This document shows positions 44,406 to 47,943 of a stretch of DNA of 47,943 nt, in pieces. The position numbers were made by a program, and so were the translations under genes. Source of the DNA: Candidatus Paceibacter sp. (GTDB lineage: Bacteria > Patescibacteriota > Patescibacteriia > SG8-24 > DYFX01); assembly GCA_020724945.1 (NCBI GenBank), contig DYFX01000001.1:1-47943 (forward strand), in the 5' to 3' direction. Position 1 is the stretch's first letter; each line of letters begins with the position of its first letter. The notes beneath the pieces are model-generated. The model saw only the letters and a list, made by a program, of their open reading frames with translations, was not told where the DNA came from and searched no databases.

Positions 44406-45307
44406 TTGGAGAGGGTGGAAAGATAGAGCTCCTCGACGCGGTTCTGCGCGTGCGCGGCGTCGAGGACATGGAGGCCGGCGGCGCGGACGCGCGCGAAGAG
44501 CGCGTCGAGCGTCTCGTCGCGGAGCGCCGGGACGACCGCGACGGCGCCCTTGACCTCGTCCGCGCCGATGGCGGCGGCTTGTTCTGCGGTCGGGGCGGCG
44601 GACAGCGTCAGCCGGTAGCGCCGGCCGTCGGCCTCGGCCAGAAGGCCGTGGACCGAACCGGACTTCACGACCTCGCCGCGCTGGATGATCGTCATCGCGT
44701 TGCAGAGCTGCTCGACCTCCTCGAGATAGTGCGTGGTGAGGAGCATCGTCATGCCGCCGCCGTTGAGCTTGCGGAGGAAGTCCCACATGCCGCGGCGCAG
44801 TTCCACATCGACGCCGGCGGTCGGCTCGTCGAGGATGAGCAGTTTGGGCGAATGGACGAGGGCGCGCGCGATCATCAGGCGGCGCTTCATGCCGCCCGAG
44901 AGCGCCCTGGACGGCGCGTCGCGCTTGTCCCAGAGCCCGAGCTCCTTGAGCAGGCCGTCGGCGCTCTCCGCCGCGGCCGCGCGCGTCATGCCATAGTAGC
45001 CGCCCTGCGTGATGACGATCTCGCGGACGGTCTCGAAGATGTTGAAATTGAATTCCTGCGGCACGACGCCGACCAGCGCCTTCGCGCCGTCGGGGTCCTT
45101 CGCGCGATCGATGCCGAAGACCGACGCCGTCCCGCCCGAAGGCGTGACGAGGCCGACGACGATGTTGATGAGCGTCGTCTTGCCGGCGCCGTTGGCGCCG
45201 AGTAGCGCGAAGAAATCCCCTTCCGCGACGGTAAGGTCGACGCCCTTGAGCGCCTCGACGCCTCCCTCATAGGTCTTCCGCAATCCTTCGATCTTGAGCG
45301 CTTCCAT
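44402..45307 (-). CDS. ABC transporter ATP-binding protein
   Basis: GANGAGKTT, LSGGMKRR and LILDEPT motifs. Confidence 0.9.
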   Translation of the reverse strand: MEALKIEGLRKTYEGGVEALKGVDLTVAEGDFFALLGANGAGKTTLINIVVGLVTPSGGTASVFGIDRAKDPDGAKALVGVVPQEFNFNIFETVREIVITQGGYYGMTRAAAAESADGLLKELGLWDKRDAPSRALSGGMKRRLMIARALVHSPKLLILDEPTAGVDVELRRGMWDFLRKLNGGGMTMLLTTHYLEEVEQLCNAMTIIQRGEVVKSGSVHGLLAEADGRRYRLTLSAAPTAEQAAAIGADEVKGAVAVVPALRDETLDALFARVRAAGLHVLDAAHAQNRVEELYLSTLSK

Positions 45308-45374
45308 GCGTGTTTCGTGATCGTCCTTAAGGCGTAAATCGACCGAACCATGATATTCCCCGTTCCGGAACGCG

Positions 45375-46013
45375 TCAACCGGAAGACTGCGAGGCCCGTT
45401 CCTGCCGCAAGTGGACGAAGACGATGAAGCTCAAGACGGCGGCGAAGAAGCACCAGACGGAAGCGAACGCGTCGAGGTAATAGCCGTAGGCGATGCCCAG
45501 CGAGGCGAGGAGCGCCAGGCCGAAGACGCGGAGGAACTTGCGGCTTGAGACGAGACAGCTTCCGCAGGTCGCGAGGACATAGGCGCCCGGGATGACCGCA
45601 TGATTCGGCAGCGGCACATCGTACGCGATCCCTTGGCCGAGGATCGTCGACACGACGGGGCCCCGCAGGATGAAGTACAGGAGGTAGAGGCTGACCGCCG
45701 CGCCGAACCAGGCGAACCAGGCGAGCGCATCCTTGCGGCGCGGATGCGTTTCCTCCCTCCAGACGGCATACGGCAGGAAGGTCGGCCAGAAGACATGCGA
45801 GAAGAAGAGGAACGCCATCGTGGCCGGCGCCTGCACCCACGGGTAGCCGAGCGAGAGCCAGAGCACGCCCTCGACGAGCTGTTGGATGCCGAAGAAGAGC
45901 GGCACGGCGGCGATGGGCCGGCGCAGGAAGCCGCCCGTACGCCGGACGGCGACGGTCCCGGTGGCGCCGAGCGCGCCGCCCGCGATGAAACTGGCCGTGG
46001 CGGAGAAGCACAT
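45375..46013 (-). CDS. Polytopic membrane protein (DUF6629-like)
   Basis: It starts at MCFSATASF, has about six hydrophobic helices and several Cys. The family name comes from memory of the MCFSA..SF N-terminus and is low certainty. Confidence 0.55.
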   Translation of the reverse strand: MCFSATASFIAGGALGATGTVAVRRTGGFLRRPIAAVPLFFGIQQLVEGVLWLSLGYPWVQAPATMAFLFFSHVFWPTFLPYAVWREETHPRRKDALAWFAWFGAAVSLYLLYFILRGPVVSTILGQGIAYDVPLPNHAVIPGAYVLATCGSCLVSSRKFLRVFGLALLASLGIAYGYYLDAFASVWCFFAAVLSFIVFVHLRQERASQSSG

Positions 46014-46081
46014 GCCTACGCAGTATCGCATGTCTCGCCTCCGACGGCGAGCGTCGGCTATACTGGGGCACGGAGGCCGAC

Positions 46082-46831
46082 ATGCACGCGCTCATGATCC
46101 TCGCCCTTTCCTTCTGCGCCCCTGCGGACGGCCCCGTCGTCCCCAAGGACACCCTCCAGCTCGTGGTCGGCATCGCGCCTTCGTGGGATTCCTCGAAGGC
46201 GACGCTCTACCGCTTCGAGCGCAAGCGCCACGGACCGTGGAAACGCGTCGGCAAGGCCTGGAGCGCCCGCACGGGCCGCAAGGGGCTCGCCGCCGGACGC
46301 GGCCTGCTCGACTGGTGCGGTCCCGAAGAGGAACGCAAGGTCGAGAACGACAAGAAGGCGCCCGCGGGCGCCTTCCGACTCGGCGGCGTCTACGGCTTCG
46401 GCGACGGCCTGAAGAAGGCCCCGCGCGGCGCGATGAAGCCGATCACGCGGACGATGACCTGCATCTCCGACCCCGATTCGGCGCACTACAACCGCATCGT
46501 GGACATGAACGATGTCGAAGCGGACTGGTCGTGGACGCGTCCGCTGCGCCGCAAGGACGGCATCAAGAGCCGCACCATCGTCGTGGGACTCAACGGCGCG
46601 GCCGATCCGGACGCGGACCCTCCGGTGCCGGGCGCCGGCAGCTGCGTGCTGTTCCACCTGGAACGCAAGGGGCGCCCGACGGTCGGCTGCACCTCGCTTC
46701 CGGAAGCGCGCCTCGACGCGCTCATCAGATGGCTGAAGCCGAAGGCGAAGCCCGTCTACCTCCTGATGACGCGCGCGCAGTACGACGAGCTCGCCGCGCT
46801 CGATGACGCGGACCTGCCCGATCTCCCGTAA
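46082..46831 (+). CDS. Secreted L,D-transpeptidase-fold protein (COG3786/YafK-like)
   Basis: It has a signal peptide and GSCVLFHLERKGRPTVGCTSL, which matches the H...G.pT.GC catalytic pattern. TATACT and GGAGG lie upstream. Confidence 0.65.
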   Translation: MHALMILALSFCAPADGPVVPKDTLQLVVGIAPSWDSSKATLYRFERKRHGPWKRVGKAWSARTGRKGLAAGRGLLDWCGPEEERKVENDKKAPAGAFRLGGVYGFGDGLKKAPRGAMKPITRTMTCISDPDSAHYNRIVDMNDVEADWSWTRPLRRKDGIKSRTIVVGLNGAADPDADPPVPGAGSCVLFHLERKGRPTVGCTSLPEARLDALIRWLKPKAKPVYLLMTRAQYDELAALDDADLPDLP

Positions 46832-46834
46832 ACG

Positions 46835-46862
46835 AAACGACCGCCTTTCAGCGGTCGTTTTT
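46835..46862. terminator. Bidirectional terminator between convergent genes
   Basis: AAACGACCGC-CTTTCA-GCGGTCGTTTTT. Confidence 0.65.
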
Positions 46863-46869
46863 CCCTTCC

Positions 46870-47553
46870 TTACTTCTTTTTCTTGGCGGCGGCCTTCTTC
46901 TTGGCCGGAGCCTTGGAGGCTTTCGCGGACTTCTCGACGACCACGGCCTTTTCGGCCTTCGGAGCGGCGGCCGTCTCGGCCTTCTTCGCTTCCGGAGCGG
47001 CGGCCTGCTTCGCCGGAGCGGAGAGGTTCAGCGCCTTGATGATCATGTCGAGCTTCGCGTCGATGGCGGCGAACCGCTCCTTGGAGCGGTCCTCCGTCGG
47101 AGCCGAGCGCTTGAACTCCTTGTAGTCCGTCGCGCCGGCCTTCTCGTTGCCGAAGCACCCACGGCAGTACACCGGCTTGCTGCCGTTCGGCTTGAACGGC
47201 ACTTCGCAGCCGTCGCCGCACGAGGCGCAGGTGGCCTTGAAGAGCCGTTTCTCCTCGCGATCGAACCCGCGATCGTCGCGGCGCGGCGCGGCGTCGCGGT
47301 CGAAGCGCATCGGCGCGGACGAGGTCTCCCCGTCCTTCTTGAAGCACTCGCGGCAGTAGATCGGCCGGGAGCCGTTCGGCTTGAACGGCACTTCGCAGCC
47401 GTTGCCGCACGAGGCGCAGGTGGCCTGGTGCATCTGCGGGCGATCGAACCCGCGATCGTCGCGGCGGTTGAAGCTTCCGCCTCCGCCGAATTTGCGGTCG
47501 CTGCCGCCCTTCCAACCGCCCCCCTGGGGCCGGTTTCCATGAGACTTGAACAT
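46870..47553 (-). CDS. Tandem CxxC-x17-CxxC zinc-ribbon protein with Gly/Arg-rich head and Lys/Ala-rich tail
   Basis: There are two copies of ATCASCG(N/D)GCEVPFKPNGS(R/K)P(I/V)YCR(E/G)CF. The C-terminal AKKAETAAAPKAEK...KKKAAAKKKK is histone-H1-like. Confidence 0.75.
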   Translation of the reverse strand: MFKSHGNRPQGGGWKGGSDRKFGGGGSFNRRDDRGFDRPQMHQATCASCGNGCEVPFKPNGSRPIYCRECFKKDGETSSAPMRFDRDAAPRRDDRGFDREEKRLFKATCASCGDGCEVPFKPNGSKPVYCRGCFGNEKAGATDYKEFKRSAPTEDRSKERFAAIDAKLDMIIKALNLSAPAKQAAAPEAKKAETAAAPKAEKAVVVEKSAKASKAPAKKKAAAKKKK

Positions 47554-47667
47554 GTTTTCCCTTTATTTTGCCTCCTTATTGAAGACACCGCAGGATAGCA
47601 CGGGTACGGGAAAAAAGCAAGGGTTCCGTGGTACACTCCGGACAGGACCTTTCCCGAGGAGATTCCC

Positions 47668-47943
47668 ATGGACGCGCACGAAACGCCGATCACGCTGACC
47701 GACAAGGCGGCCGAGAAGATCATCGAGTTCCGCGACGCCGACGAGAAGACGCGCGGCAAGCCCCTGCGGCTGGCCGTGCACGGCGGCGGCTGCGCCGGCT
47801 TCAACCAGGTCCTCGCCTTCGACGACCCGAAGCCCGACATCGACCAGGTCTTCGTCATCAAGGGCGTGACCGTGCTCGTGGACTCCATGAGCCTGATGTA
47901 CCTCGCGGGCACCGAGATCGACTATTTGGACGGCATCGAAGGC
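47668..47943 (+). CDS. erpA: Iron-sulfur cluster insertion protein (HesB/IscA/ErpA family), runs off the right edge
   Basis: My own translation is MDAHETPITLTDKAAEKIIEFRDADEKTRGKPLRLAVHGGGCAGFNQVLAFDD...VDSMSLMYLAGTEIDYLDGIEG. GAGGAG lies 7 nt upstream. It has no stop in the window, so it is not in the ORF track. Confidence 0.8.
   Translation, partial: MDAHETPITLTDKAAEKIIEFRDADEKTRGKPLRLAVHGGGCAGFNQVLAFDDPKPDIDQVFVIKGVTVLVDSMSLMYLAGTEIDYLDGIEG

Overview
This is a gene-dense, high-GC (roughly 65% by eye) bacterial chromosomal segment with about 48 supportable protein genes. I found no rRNA, tRNA, CRISPR array, transposase or integrase. Positions 1-17.5 kb are entirely minus-strand. They hold a complete F1Fo ATP synthase operon (atpZ-like, atpB-E-F-H-A-G-D-C), a second monocistronic atpZ-like gene, and a tightly packed six-gene operon (two small coiled-coil ORFs, a 566-aa Pro/Glu/Ala-rich protein, cvpA, a charged 161-aa protein, tatD). 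metG, rsmI, add, thiI and cca follow. Next comes lexA behind a 41-bp perfect palindrome, then a block of oxidative-stress and repair genes punctuated by repeats (Fe/Mn SOD, 2-Cys peroxiredoxin, Bcp/PrxQ, Ogt), plus pepA, pcd, rlmI-like and hom. The remainder holds DUF4349, a ParB/Srx-like orphan, a YgjP-type metallopeptidase, class I RNR (nrdB-nrdA), an ABC-F ATPase, a BNR propeller, an M23 peptidase, msrA, greA and a lysyl-oxidase-like/PQQ-sugar-dehydrogenase fusion. It ends with a HI0933-type flavoprotein, recQ, an ABC-2 exporter, an L,D-transpeptidase-like protein, a tandem CxxC-x17-CxxC protein and a partial iscA/erpA. The most interesting signals are non-coding. First, there are three families of hairpin-forming intergenic repeats (A x3, B x4, C x2). 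Second, a recurring extended -10 box TGGTATACT is followed after exactly 8 nt by ATG, which predicts leaderless translation; twice it is fused directly to the preceding intrinsic terminator. Third, one such leaderless ATG opens a 23-codon uORF that lies on NrdR-like boxes and ends in an ATGA overlap with an SD-less nrdB. Fourth, the LexA operator candidate is built from two inverted GTTC-N7-GTTC units. The lineage is probably a small-genome uncultivated bacterium (Patescibacteria/CPR-like), but that is inference only. All homology calls come from motif recognition by eye; no searches were run.
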